In this document: piece by piece, positions 24,152 through 33,704 of the stretch
Numbering within the stretch: the first letter of the stretch is position 1
Layout of the letters: each line of letters begins with the position of its first letter
Source of the DNA: Acidimicrobiales bacterium
Lineage (GTDB): Bacteria > Actinomycetota > Acidimicrobiia > Acidimicrobiales > GCA-2861595
Assembly (NCBI GenBank): GCA_035540975.1
Contig: DATLFN010000005.1
Location: 9,599-73,598 of the forward strand
Direction: 5' to 3'
DNA: 64,000 nt
The notes under the pieces: generated by a model
Told to the model about the DNA's origin: nothing
What the model saw: only the letters and a program-made list of their open reading frames with translations
Database searches by the model: none
Translations under genes and position numbers: made by a program

Positions 24152-24979
24152 CTAGCGCCCCACGGGGCCCGGGCGGTCCGTGCCGTCGCTACCGTTCTCG
24201 GGACGGACCAGGCCCTCCAGCCACAGCGGCAGGTCGTCCTGGTGGACGCCGAGGCTGACGCCGGTGGCCGCCAGGTCGGCGGGGGGACCGTCGAAGTACA
24301 CGTGGCCGCGGCGCATGACCACCACGCGGTCGAGGTCGTCGGCCACCGCGCCCAGCTCGTGGGACACCAGCAGCACGGCGGCCGCGTGCTCCTCCACCAG
24401 GTGGACCAGCGAGTCGCGGAACCGGTGCTGCGACTCGGCGTCGATGCCGGCGACCGGCTCGTCCAGCACCAGCAGCTCGGGCTGGCCGGCCAGCGCCTTG
24501 GCGATGAACGCCCGCTGGAGCTGCCCGCCCGAGAGCTCGCTGACCCGACGGCCCCGGTGCTCGAGCAGGGCGACGGCCGACATGGCGTGCTCGATCTCGG
24601 CCCGGTCCTCCTCCCGGAAGCGCCGGCGCCAGCCCGACCTCGCCAGCCGCCCGGCGCCGACGACCTCCTCGACGGTCGCCGGCAGCTCGCGCGCCACCGC
24701 CGCCGTCTGGGGGACGTAGCCGAGCCGCCAGCGGTCGGTGAGCCGGCCCGGCTCGGCCCCGAACAGGCGGACCGCCCCCGACGAGGGCGCCAGCAGCCCG
24801 AGCAGGCAGCGCAGGAGCGTCGACTTGCCCGATCCGTTGGGCCCCACCAGGGCCACGAACTCGCCGGGCGCCACGGCCAGGTCGACCCCGTCGAGGACCG
24901 CCTCGGGGCCGTAGGCGAACGAAAGGGCCTCGGCCTCGAGGACGGGCTGGGAGGAGCCGTTCATGGGAATCGTTCCCAT
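24152..24979 (-). CDS. metal-type ABC transporter ATP-binding protein
   Basis: From ATG 24979 (or 24964): GPNGSGKSTLL, LSGGQLQRAFIAKAL, LLVLDEP. It has ZnuC/MntA-like organisation. Confidence 0.85.
   Translation of the reverse strand: MGTIPMNGSSQPVLEAEALSFAYGPEAVLDGVDLAVAPGEFVALVGPNGSGKSTLLRCLLGLLAPSSGAVRLFGAEPGRLTDRWRLGYVPQTAAVARELPATVEEVVGAGRLARSGWRRRFREEDRAEIEHAMSAVALLEHRGRRVSELSGGQLQRAFIAKALAGQPELLVLDEPVAGIDAESQHRFRDSLVHLVEEHAAAVLLVSHELGAVADDLDRVVVMRRGHVYFDGPPADLAATGVSLGVHQDDLPLWLEGLVRPENGSDGTDRPGPVGR
24963..24979. promoter_or_regulatory. perfect 7-3-7 palindrome ATGGGAA-TCG-TTCCCAT (candidate metalloregulator operator)
   Basis: Read directly from the sequence. It spans both candidate start codons of the ABC ATPase and the stop of the YibE/F gene. 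It shares the 11-mer GAATCGTTCCC with the start region of the metal-binding-protein gene at 32161. Confidence 0.4.
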
Positions 24980-26187
24980 TATGCCGGAGGCTCGAGGGCG
25001 TCGGCGGCCGGTGGTCGGTGCCAGGGGCCGCCGCCGGCGACGAGCGCCGCCAGCGCGGTGGTGATGGGCACCGACGCCACGAGCCCGACGCTGCCGACGA
25101 GCGTGCGCACGATCTCGGCGGCGACCACCTCGCCGGTGAGGACGTCGGCCACCCGGCGGTTGGCCTCGACCAGGAGGATGAGGAGCGGGAGGGAGGCGCC
25201 GGCGTAGGCGAGGACCAGCGTGTTGACCGTCGACGCCACGTGGTCGCGCCCGATGCGCAGCGCCGAACGGTACAGGCCGGCCGGGCCCAGGGTGGGGTTG
25301 GCGGCGTGCAGCTCCCAGACCGCCGACGCCTGGGTGACGGTGACGTCGTCGAGCACGCCGAGGGAGCCGATGATGATGCCGCCGAGGAGCAGCCCCTCCA
25401 GGTTCACCCGCCCCGACGCGGCCTGGAGGAACGAGGCCTCCTCCGAGCCCATGCCGGTCAGGTGGGTGGCGCCGACGAAGGCGACGGCCAGCAGGCCGAT
25501 GAGCGCCAGGCTCGCCAACGTCCCCACCACGGCCGTCGTGGTGGCCAGGCTCGGGCCGTGGGCCAGGTACAGGTTGACCAGCAGGATCGCCGACGCCGCC
25601 ACCACGGCCACCGCCACCGGGCTCTCCCCCTCGAGGACGGCCGGGATGAGGAACGTCACCAGCAGCACGAGGGTGAAGCCCAGGCCCAGCAGCGCCCGCA
25701 GGCCCCGCATGCGGCCGAGGACGACCACGGCGACGGCGAAGAGGAGGACCAGGAGGACCATCGGCGTCTTCCGTTGGAAGTCGGCCAGGTAGTACTGGCT
25801 CCCCGGCGGGGCGTCGGCCGTGAACCCCAGGACGACCCGGTCCCCTTCCTCGACGGGCGGCGACCCCGGCCCCTCCGCCACCTGGAGGACGACGGCCGTC
25901 CCCTCGTCGGGCCCCTCCGACGGCACGACCGTCACCTCCCGGCACCGCACGCCCTCGGCGGCGCCGGTGCCGAAGCACGGCTTCACCTCGACCTGCTCGG
26001 CGGTGGCGGACACGAGGTCGGCGGCGGGCCCGAGGAAGCGGGCCACGCCGGTGTCCCGCCCGCTCGGCCACAGGACCGCCGCCGCCACGAAGGTCACCAC
26101 GGCGGCCACGGCGACGACGCCGAGGAGCACCCGGTGGCTGAGCAGCAGGGGGCCCTCGGGAGGCGGGACGTCGTGCACGTGCGCCAC
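24979..26187 (-). CDS. YibE/F-family membrane protein
   Basis: An N-terminal TM plus an extracytoplasmic domain is followed by a multi-TM core with GVLDDVTVTQASAV...GRDHVASTVNTLVLAY. Confidence 0.8.
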   Translation of the reverse strand: MAHVHDVPPPEGPLLLSHRVLLGVVAVAAVVTFVAAAVLWPSGRDTGVARFLGPAADLVSATAEQVEVKPCFGTGAAEGVRCREVTVVPSEGPDEGTAVVLQVAEGPGSPPVEEGDRVVLGFTADAPPGSQYYLADFQRKTPMVLLVLLFAVAVVVLGRMRGLRALLGLGFTLVLLVTFLIPAVLEGESPVAVAVVAASAILLVNLYLAHGPSLATTTAVVGTLASLALIGLLAVAFVGATHLTGMGSEEASFLQAASGRVNLEGLLLGGIIIGSLGVLDDVTVTQASAVWELHAANPTLGPAGLYRSALRIGRDHVASTVNTLVLAYAGASLPLLILLVEANRRVADVLTGEVVAAEIVRTLVGSVGLVASVPITTALAALVAGGGPWHRPPAADALEPPA

Positions 26188-26241
26188 CGGACGGACGCTA
26201 CCGGAGCCGCCCCGGCGTTCCCGGGACGGGGGCCGCCGCGA

Positions 26242-27531
26242 TCAGCCGGGCGCGGGGATCACCTGCTGGCCGCGCAGGTAGGGCGCCAGCACGTCGGGGA
26301 GGCGGACCGAGCCGTCGGGCCTGCGGTTGGTCTCCACCACGGCCGCCCAGACCCGGGGGACGGCCAGCGCCGAGCCGTTCAGCGTGTGGACGAAGGCGGT
26401 CCCCCGGCCGTCGGCCGGGCGGAACCGGATGTTCGCCCTCCGGGCCTGGTAGTCGCTGAACCACGAGACCGACGACACCTCCAGCCACTGGTCGACGCCC
26501 GGTGAGTACACCTCCAGGTCGAAGGCGCGGGCGTGCGACTGGCCCAGGTCGCCGGTGCAGATGTCGACCACCCGGTAGCCGAGGCCGAGCTCCTGGAGCA
26601 CCCGCTCCGCCCGGGACAGCAGCTCCAGGTGGACGGCCTCGGCCTGCTCGGGCGTGGAGAAGGCGAGGATCTCCACCTTGTCGAACTCGTGGACGCGAAG
26701 CAGGCCGCGGGTGTCCCGGCCTGCCGAACCCGCCTCCCGCCGGTAGCAGGTGGTGTGGGCCATCAGCCGCACGGGCAGGGCCGACTGGTCGAACAACTCG
26801 TCGCGGCCGAGCGACGTGAGCGGCACCTCGGCCGTGGGGATGGCCCACAGGTCGTCGCGCTCGAGGTGGTACGCCTCGTCGGCGAACCTGGGCAGCTGGC
26901 CGGTGGCCGTCAGCGTGTCGGTGCGGACGAGCGTGGGCGGGCGGATCTCCTCGAAGGCGTCGGCGTTGCGGTCCAGGCCGAGCTGGCACAGGGCCCGCAC
27001 GAGCGTGGCCCCGGCGCCCCGGTAGACGACGAACATCGACCCCGAGATGCGGGCGCCCCGCTCCAGGTCGAGGATGCCGAGGTGGGCGCCGATCTCCCAG
27101 TGGGGGACGCGCTGGTGGGGCTGGAAGCGGTCGGGGTCGTGGCCCTCGACCCGCACCACCACGTTGTCCTCGGCCGAGGCGCCGTCGGGCGCATCGGGCG
27201 CCGGCGTGTTCGGGATGCGCAGGAGCAGGTCGTGCAACTCCGCCTCGACGGCGCTCGTCTCCGCCTCGAGGGCGCCCGCCTCCTCGCCCAGCGCCCGGCT
27301 CTCGGCGGCCGCCTTGTCGGCCGCGCCGGCGTCACCGTCCCGCCGGGCGCGGCCCACCTGGTGCGAGAGCGCCTTGACGGCGGCCCGCACCTCGTCGCGA
27401 CGACCGGCCAGCTGGCGGCGGCGCACGTCGAGGGCGGCGGCCCGGTCCACCTCCGCGGCGTCGACGCCCTTGCGGGCCAGTGCCGCCTTCACCTCGTCGA
27501 GCTCGGTGCGCAGCCGGCGGACGTCGATCAT
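26242..27531 (-). CDS. serS: seryl-tRNA synthetase
   Basis: From ATG 27531: MIDVRRLR..., a coiled-coil arm, then the class-II core TCYRREAGSAGRDTRGLLRVHEFDKVE...HTLNGSALAVPR. Confidence 0.95.
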   Translation of the reverse strand: MIDVRRLRTELDEVKAALARKGVDAAEVDRAAALDVRRRQLAGRRDEVRAAVKALSHQVGRARRDGDAGAADKAAAESRALGEEAGALEAETSAVEAELHDLLLRIPNTPAPDAPDGASAEDNVVVRVEGHDPDRFQPHQRVPHWEIGAHLGILDLERGARISGSMFVVYRGAGATLVRALCQLGLDRNADAFEEIRPPTLVRTDTLTATGQLPRFADEAYHLERDDLWAIPTAEVPLTSLGRDELFDQSALPVRLMAHTTCYRREAGSAGRDTRGLLRVHEFDKVEILAFSTPEQAEAVHLELLSRAERVLQELGLGYRVVDICTGDLGQSHARAFDLEVYSPGVDQWLEVSSVSWFSDYQARRANIRFRPADGRGTAFVHTLNGSALAVPRVWAAVVETNRRPDGSVRLPDVLAPYLRGQQVIPAPG

Positions 27532-27558
27532 GAGGGCCGAACGGTAGCGTGCGCCGCC

Positions 27559-29283
27559 ATGCCGGCCGTCGACGTTTCCGACCTGGTGGTCCGGTACGGC
27601 GACCTGGTGGCGGTCGACGGCGTGTCCTTCACGGCGTCGGCGGGCGAGGTGGTCGCCCTGCTCGGGCCCAACGGCGCCGGCAAGACGTCCACCATCGAGG
27701 CGCTCGAAGGGTACCGCCGGCCGGCGTCGGGACGGGTGCGCGTCCTCGGCCTCGACCCGCGGTCGCAGCGGGCGGCACTCGCCCCGTCCATCGGCGTGAT
27801 GCTCCAGCGGGGCGGCGTCTACCCCGCCATGGGAGCGCTGGACGTCGTCCGCCTGTTCGCGTCGTACCACGCCGACCCCGAGGGCCCGGAGGCCCTGCTG
27901 GAGCGGGTCGGCCTGACCTCGGTGGCGCGGACCCGTTGGCGGCGACTGTCGGGAGGCGAGCAGCAGCGGCTCTCGCTCGCTCTCGCCCTGGTCGGGAAGC
28001 CGTCGGTCGCCTTCCTCGACGAGCCCACCGCCGGCGTCGACCCGGCCGGCCGCCGGGCCATCAGGGCGGTGATCGCCGGCCTCCGGGACCGGGGCGCCTG
28101 CGTCCTGCTCGCCACCCACGAGCTGGACGAGGCGGAGCGCCTGGCCGATCGGGTGGTGATCGTCGATGGCGGCCGGGTGGTGGCGGCGGGCACCCCCGCC
28201 CAGCTCGCCTCCTCGATGGGCGACCGGCGGGTCATCCGCTTCGCCGCCCCCGCCGGGCTCGACGCGGCGTCCCTCGGCGCCGCCCTCGGCGCGCCGGTGA
28301 CGGAGGAGCGGCCGGGCGACTACCGGGCCGACGCCGAGCCCACCCCGGCCGCCGTCGCCCGCCTCACCGCCTGGCTGGCCGAGCACGACCTGGCCCTGGG
28401 CGAGCTGCACACCGGTCGCCCGACGCTCGAGGAGGTGTTCCTCGGCCTCACCGGGCCCGGCGCGTCGCCGGCGGTGCCGGCACCGGAAGCGGTGGCGGCC
28501 GCGCCGGTGGACGGGGCGGCGACCGACGACGTCCCGCCGCCGCCGGAGCAGGGCGGCACGCTCCGGCGGCTGGCCGCCCACGCTCGGGCCGAGCTGGTGA
28601 TGACCCTGCGCCGGGGCGAGTCCGTCCTGCTCGCCCTCGGCATCCCCGTGCTGCTGCTCGTGTTCTTCTCGGTCGTCGACGTGCTCCCGACGGGCACCGA
28701 CGACCCCGTTGACTTCCTCGCCCCCGGCATCCTGGCCCTGGCCGTGATGTCGACCGCCATGGTCGGGCTGGCCATCGCCACCGGCTTCGAGCGCGAGTAC
28801 CTCGTGCTCAAGCGCCTGGGCACCACGCCGCTGCGGCGGGGCGAGCTGCTGGCCGCCAAGACGGCAGCCGTCCTGGCCGTCGAGGCCGTCCAGGTCGCCG
28901 TCCTGCTCCCCGTCGCCCTCGCCCTCGGATGGAGCCCCGGGGGCGACGCCCTGCTCGCACTGGTGGCCGTGCTCCTCGCCACGGTCGGGTTCGCCGGTGC
29001 CGGGCTCCTGATGGCGGGGACGCTGCCGGCCATGACGACCCTGGCCGCGGCCAACGGCGCCTACCTCGTGCTGCTGCTCCTCGGGGGCATGGTCGTGCCC
29101 GTCGACCGCCTCCCCGCCGCGCTCGGGGTCGTCGCCCGGGCCCTGCCCGCCGCCGCCCTGTCCGACGCCCTGCACGGGGCCCTGGCCGCCGGCGCGTCGG
29201 TGCCGGGAAGGGCGTGGGCGGTGCTGGCGGCGTGGGCGGTGGCCGCGCCGGCGGCCGCGGCGGCCACCTTCCGCTGGGAGTGA
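27559..29283 (+). CDS. fused ABC transporter: ATP-binding domain plus ABC-2-type permease domain
   Basis: From ATG 27559: [33 protein letters not shown] Pro/Ala linker then leads to a 6-TM ABC-2-like domain in the same frame with no stop. Confidence 0.8.
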   Translation: MPAVDVSDLVVRYGDLVAVDGVSFTASAGEVVALLGPNGAGKTSTIEALEGYRRPASGRVRVLGLDPRSQRAALAPSIGVMLQRGGVYPAMGALDVVRLFASYHADPEGPEALLERVGLTSVARTRWRRLSGGEQQRLSLALALVGKPSVAFLDEPTAGVDPAGRRAIRAVIAGLRDRGACVLLATHELDEAERLADRVVIVDGGRVVAAGTPAQLASSMGDRRVIRFAAPAGLDAASLGAALGAPVTEERPGDYRADAEPTPAAVARLTAWLAEHDLALGELHTGRPTLEEVFLGLTGPGASPAVPAPEAVAAAPVDGAATDDVPPPPEQGGTLRRLAAHARAELVMTLRRGESVLLALGIPVLLLVFFSVVDVLPTGTDDPVDFLAPGILALAVMSTAMVGLAIATGFEREYLVLKRLGTTPLRRGELLAAKTAAVLAVEAVQVAVLLPVALALGWSPGGDALLALVAVLLATVGFAGAGLLMAGTLPAMTTLAAANGAYLVLLLLGGMVVPVDRLPAALGVVARALPAAALSDALHGALAAGASVPGRAWAVLAAWAVAAPAAAAATFRWE

Positions 29284-29473
29284 GGACCCGGAGCGCCGGT
29301 CGCCCTGGACCGTTCCGCTCCCCGCCAGACGGCGCGCCCTCGCCACTGCGTACCCCGCGACGCTCGGGTCCAGGTGATCCACTCCGGGTCGAGCGACTCG
29401 CCCGACGGCGGGTCCCACCGGGCCCGCGGAAGGCCGAGGGCAGCGGCCGCCTCCGGCAGTGGCGCCCCCCGCT

Positions 29474-30346
29474 CTACGAATGCAGCGTGGGCCCGGCCGG
29501 TGCGGGCGCGTGGTCCGGCATGGCGGCGCGGCGGCGGCCCCGCGGGCCGGTGACCGCGAACACCACCGCGAACACGGCGGCGCCCACCAGCACGATGGTG
29601 GGCCCGGACTGGATGTCGAGGTGATAGCTGAGGTTCATCCCGACGAACCCGCACGTCGCCCCGATGGCCGTCGACAGGACGAGCATCCGGGAGAACGAGT
29701 TGGTGAGCATCCGGGCCACCGTCGGCGGGATCACCAGCGTGGCGGCGATCAGGGTGACGCCCAGCACCTGCATGGTGGCCACGATGGCGAGGGCGAGCAC
29801 GAGCATGAGCAGGGCGTCGAGGCGGGCCGTGCGCACGCCCGACGCCTCGGCCACCTCGGGGTCGAACGTGGTGAACAGCAGGGGCCGGTAGGCGAAGAAC
29901 ACCACCCCGGCGGCGAAGGCGGTGACGAGGCCGACCACCACGACGTCGGCCACGGAGACGCCGAGGATGCTCCCGAACAGCGCGGCGTCGAAGCTGCGCC
30001 CCCGGCGCCCGAACACCGCGAACAGGGCCAGTCCGAGGGCGAACGAGGCGGTCGTGACCACACCGATGGCGGCGTCGGAGCCGATGACCCGCCGCCGGGT
30101 GACCCCGTTGATCATCAGGGCCGACGCCACGCCCCACGCCCCCGCCCCGAGCAGGAGGTTCACCCCCAGCAGGGCGCTCGCCGCGAACCCCCCGAAGATG
30201 GCGTGCGACAGGCCGTGGCCGATGTAGCTCATCCCCTTCAGCACCACGTACACGCCGACCAGCCCGCACAGGGCGCCGGCGAGCACGGCGACGGCCAGGC
30301 CGTTGCGGAAGAACTCGAACTCGAACGGCCGGAGCAGGTCGCCCAT
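29474..30346 (-). CDS. metal ABC transporter permease (ZnuB/MntB/TroC family)
   Basis: FEFEFFRNGLAVAVLAGALCGLVGVYVVLKGMSYIGHGLSHAIFGG is the family-typical N-terminus. About 8-9 TM segments follow. Confidence 0.88.
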   Translation of the reverse strand: MGDLLRPFEFEFFRNGLAVAVLAGALCGLVGVYVVLKGMSYIGHGLSHAIFGGFAASALLGVNLLLGAGAWGVASALMINGVTRRRVIGSDAAIGVVTTASFALGLALFAVFGRRGRSFDAALFGSILGVSVADVVVVGLVTAFAAGVVFFAYRPLLFTTFDPEVAEASGVRTARLDALLMLVLALAIVATMQVLGVTLIAATLVIPPTVARMLTNSFSRMLVLSTAIGATCGFVGMNLSYHLDIQSGPTIVLVGAAVFAVVFAVTGPRGRRRAAMPDHAPAPAGPTLHS

Positions 30347-30353
30347 CAGGCCG

Positions 30354-31148
30354 TCACGATCCCGACGCCCGCCGCATGCGGAGGACGTCGGCGCCCCGGA
30401 GCTGGTCGACGACGACGGGCATGCCGCCGTGCTCGAGCACGTCCAGACCGGCGCCGTAGGTCCGTTCCAGGATGGGGCGGGTGAGCACCTCTCGGGGGGG
30501 ACCGGCGCCCACCACCTCCCGGTTCAGGCACACCAGGTGGGGCAGGTGGGCGGCGATGCCGTTGAGGTCGTGGGTCGTGAGGACGACGGCTAGGCCGTCG
30601 CCGTTGAGCTCGTCGAGGAGGTGGAGGACCTCGTGGCGGGTCCGCACGTCCACACCCGAGGTCGGCTCGTCCAGCAGGAGCAGCTCCGGCCGCTGGACCA
30701 GGGCCCGGGCGACGAACATGCGCTGCTGCTGGCCGCCGGAGAGGGCGCCGATGTGACGGTCGGCCAGCCCGTCGAGCTCCAGCCGTTCGAGGACCCGGGC
30801 CACCTCGGCCCGCTCCGGGGCACTGGGCCACGGCAGGGGCCGGCCCGACGTACGGCCCATCAGCACGCACTCCCGCACCGTCACCGGGAAGCGCCAGCTC
30901 ACCGTGTCGACCTGGGGCACGTAGGCGACGCGCAGGCCCGGGCGGCGGACGACGGTGCCGGAGACGGGCGCCACCGAGCCGAGGACGGCGCGCAGGAGCG
31001 TGGTCTTGCCCGAGCCGGACGGCCCCACCACCCCCGTGAACTGGCCTTGGGCCACCGACAGGTCGACGTCGACCAGCACCGGCTCGTGCCCGTACCGGCA
31101 GGAGACGCGGCGCAGCTCGACGAGGGGCGGGGCGGCGGCGGCGGTCAT
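30354..31148 (-). CDS. metal ABC transporter ATP-binding protein
   Basis: From ATG 31148 (ATGA overlap with the binding-protein gene): [36 protein letters not shown]. Confidence 0.9.
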   Translation of the reverse strand: MTAAAAPPLVELRRVSCRYGHEPVLVDVDLSVAQGQFTGVVGPSGSGKTTLLRAVLGSVAPVSGTVVRRPGLRVAYVPQVDTVSWRFPVTVRECVLMGRTSGRPLPWPSAPERAEVARVLERLELDGLADRHIGALSGGQQQRMFVARALVQRPELLLLDEPTSGVDVRTRHEVLHLLDELNGDGLAVVLTTHDLNGIAAHLPHLVCLNREVVGAGPPREVLTRPILERTYGAGLDVLEHGGMPVVVDQLRGADVLRMRRASGS

Positions 31149-32176
31149 TGAGGGTAGGTCGCCCGGTCGGGAGCGACGTCGGAGACGTCGAGGGCCTCCA
31201 GCGGGGCGGGGTCGCCGCCGAGGGCCCGGGTGACGGTCACGTAGTCGAAGCGCAGCAGCCCCAGCCACGAGTGGCCGGGATCGCCCGGCTCGCCGGGCAG
31301 GTCGTCGTCGCGCAGGGTGTCGACGTAGGCGACGCCCGTCTCCTTCCCGATCTGCTCGAGGACGGTGCTGGGGAACACCTCGCTCCCGAAGACGGCGGGC
31401 ACGCCCGAGGACCGGACCTGGTCGATCAACCGCGCCACCTCCCTCGGCGAGGGGTCCTCGAAGTCCGAGACCTGGATGGCACCGATCACCTCCCACCCGT
31501 AGGTCCGGGCGAAATGGGCGTAGGCGTCGTGGTAGGTCAGCAGTCTGCGCCGTTCGGGCGCCACGGTGGCGAATGCCTCCCGCATGGCCTCGTCGAGGCG
31601 GTCGACGGCGGCCGTGAAGGCGGCCACGTTGCGCCGGTAGTAGTCGGCGTTGGCCGGGTCGCGGCCGGCCAGGGTGTCCCCCACGAGGGCCGCGTACTCC
31701 GCCCCGTACCGGGGATCGGTCCACAGGTGGGGGTTGGGCCGGCCCTCCTCGGCGGGGAACGAGAAGTCGAAGATGTAGTCCTCCTCGGGGAGCACCCGCG
31801 TGCCCAGCTCGACCACCTCGGCGCCTTCGCGCACCGACGACTCGGCCAACCGGCGCAGGGGCTCCTCGAGGGACAGGCCGTTGAGGAACACCACGTCGGC
31901 GGTCGCCAGGAGCTCGGCCGCGCTGGGCTTCGGTTCGAACGTGTGCGAGTCGGCGCCCTCCGGCACGATGCCGGTGACGTCGGCGCGGTCGCCGGCGACG
32001 TTGGCCACGATGCTGGTGATCGGGGCCACCGAGGTCGCGATCTTCAGGCGCCCGCCCGCTCCGGCCCCGCCGGCGGCCGTCCCGTCGCCTCCGCACGCGA
32101 CGAGGGCGGCCAGGCAGACCACGGCTGCGGTGGTGGAAATCCGCCGCAGGCGTCGGCGACGAATCGTTCCCGGCAC
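31145..32176 (-). CDS. metal ABC transporter substrate-binding lipoprotein (ZnuA/TroA family)
   Basis: From GTG 32176: a lipobox LAALVACGG, then HTFEPKP...NPHLWTDP...HDAYAHF. No His-rich loop is seen, so metal specificity is open. Confidence 0.85.
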   Translation of the reverse strand: MPGTIRRRRLRRISTTAAVVCLAALVACGGDGTAAGGAGAGGRLKIATSVAPITSIVANVAGDRADVTGIVPEGADSHTFEPKPSAAELLATADVVFLNGLSLEEPLRRLAESSVREGAEVVELGTRVLPEEDYIFDFSFPAEEGRPNPHLWTDPRYGAEYAALVGDTLAGRDPANADYYRRNVAAFTAAVDRLDEAMREAFATVAPERRRLLTYHDAYAHFARTYGWEVIGAIQVSDFEDPSPREVARLIDQVRSSGVPAVFGSEVFPSTVLEQIGKETGVAYVDTLRDDDLPGEPGDPGHSWLGLLRFDYVTVTRALGGDPAPLEALDVSDVAPDRATYPQ

Positions 32177-32186
32177 GGGTTCCCAT
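32161..32186. promoter_or_regulatory. candidate operator: GAATCGTTCCC plus GTTCCCAT half-sites
   Basis: GAATCGTTCCC (32161-32171) is identical to the core of the 24963 palindrome, and TTCCCAT recurs at 32180-32186. The element straddles the start of the binding-protein gene and faces the divergent Fur-family gene. Confidence 0.35.
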
Positions 32187-32249
32187 GGTACCGGCAACCA
32201 GCTCGTACCTGCGTGCAGCTCGCAAGAATTTCTCCGGTAGCCTGGCACG

Positions 32250-32792
32250 GTGGAGGATCGGCTGGGCGCCCTGTTGCACGTCCTGCGCGCCAACGGCGTC
32301 CGCATCACCGTGCCGCGCCGGGCCATCGTGGAGTCGCTGGTGGCCAACGGGCCCCACGTGACCGCCGAGGAGCTGGCCGCCCTCGTACGGGCGAGGCACC
32401 CCGAGGTCCACGAGTCGACCGTGTACCGGACGCTCGACCGGCTGAGCACGCTCGGCGTCGTCGACCATGTCCACCTCGGCCACGGCCGGGCCGTGTACCA
32501 CGTCCCCGGCGACGCCCACCAGCACCTCCACTGCGACGCCTGCGGCGCCGTCGTCGAGGCGCCCGACGAGCTGTTCGCCGGGCTGGTCGCCGCCGTCGAC
32601 GAGCGCTACGGCTTCGAGCTCGACCTCGACCACTTCGCCCTGGGCGGCCGCTGCCGCACCTGCCGGGAGGCGGGAGTCCCGGCCGGTACCGGGCATCGCC
32701 GGCGGTCAGGCCGGCGGTCGGCTCACCAGCCCTCGGAGCCCGGCGCGCCCTTGAACGGCCCCACCACGTCGGGGGTCACCCAGCCGCCGTAG
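32250..32792 (+). CDS. Fur-family metalloregulator (Zur-like) with unusual C-terminal extension
   Basis: RITVPRRAIVESL...TVYRTLDRL...HLHCDACGAVV...GRCRTCR shows a wHTH and two CxxC pairs. About 40 low-complexity residues follow the last CxxC and overlap the convergent gene. Confidence 0.8.
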   Translation: MEDRLGALLHVLRANGVRITVPRRAIVESLVANGPHVTAEELAALVRARHPEVHESTVYRTLDRLSTLGVVDHVHLGHGRAVYHVPGDAHQHLHCDACGAVVEAPDELFAGLVAAVDERYGFELDLDHFALGGRCRTCREAGVPAGTGHRRRSGRRSAHQPSEPGAPLNGPTTSGVTQPP

Positions 32793-33223
32793 AACCGGCC
32801 CGGCTGGGGCTCCACCGGCTGGAGCTCGACGAGGCAGACGTCGACCCGGGCCGGGTAGAACGCCACGTACCCGGCCAGCGCCTCGTAGCCGGGCGACGGG
32901 TCGAGGTACGTCCAGGCCGCATCGGCCGACGTCCGGCCCTTCCAGCGGGCGTCGAGGTACGACGCCGTGCCCTTGAACTCGCACCAGCTCGTCCGGCCGT
33001 TGGGGACGACGGCCCCCGGGAACACGGAATCGGGCGGCAGGTAGTACACGGGCGGGTGGCTCGTCTCCAGCACGCGCAGGGCGGCCAGCGTCACCGCGAT
33101 GGTCTCCCCGGCGAAGATCACCTCGACCTGGCGGGAGAACGGCTCGACCCGGGGCGGGCGCGGGTAGTCCCACACCGACTCCTGGCCGGGGCCGGCGGGC
33201 AGGGGCTCGGGACGGGGCAGCAC
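32723..33223 (-). CDS. DUF427 domain protein
   Basis: From GTG 33223: VWDYPRPPRVEP...SHPPVYYLP...CEFKGTASYLD...YVAFYP. Confidence 0.75.
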   Translation of the reverse strand: MLPRPEPLPAGPGQESVWDYPRPPRVEPFSRQVEVIFAGETIAVTLAALRVLETSHPPVYYLPPDSVFPGAVVPNGRTSWCEFKGTASYLDARWKGRTSADAAWTYLDPSPGYEALAGYVAFYPARVDVCLVELQPVEPQPGRFYGGWVTPDVVGPFKGAPGSEGW

Positions 33224-33234
33224 GGCCGCCGATC

Positions 33235-33675
33235 CTACGGGTGGCGGCTGTGCCGGCGGCCGCGGCCCCCGCCCAGGACGGCGCCGGCCGGCGCCCCGAA
33301 CGCCACGTGGTCGGCCCACTGCGGGGCCTGGGGGAGGGCGCGCACGGCGGGCAACCGACGGGCCACCACGCCGAGGTCGAGGGCGGCGATCCCGAGCCCG
33401 GCGGCGGCGCCGCCCAGGGCGCCGGCCAGGCGGCCCCGGGGGCGCAGGACGACGGCCAGGACGGCCGTCCAGAACGCCGACACGGCCAGGTGGACGACCA
33501 GGCCGGCGGCGCACTCGTTCAGTTCGCGCCGGCGCGCCAGGTGCTGGCGCGTGATCGCGACCAGAGGAGCGCCGGCGGCCCGGGCCGCCTCCAGCGGGTC
33601 GCGTCCCGTCGCCACGGCCCAGGCGGTGGACGGTGCCCCGCTGAGCGCCGACGCCACCGCCCACGCCACGGCCAC
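33235..33675 (-). CDS. hypothetical membrane protein
   Basis: From GTG 33675 there are about 4 hydrophobic segments. No family is recognised and the start is uncertain. Confidence 0.35.
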   Translation of the reverse strand: MAVAWAVASALSGAPSTAWAVATGRDPLEAARAAGAPLVAITRQHLARRRELNECAAGLVVHLAVSAFWTAVLAVVLRPRGRLAGALGGAAAGLGIAALDLGVVARRLPAVRALPQAPQWADHVAFGAPAGAVLGGGRGRRHSRHP

Positions 33676-33704
33676 CCGGGCGACACGACGGCGGGGAGAC
33701 CGGC

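Noticed and set aside
32660-32792. The Fur-family C-terminal extension might be a functional extra domain.
   Set aside because: It consists of about 40 low-complexity residues (Arg/Ser/Pro/Gly) after the final CxxC and overlaps the convergent DUF427 gene by 70 nt. It is more likely a drifted stop codon than a domain. It is mentioned only in the feature call.
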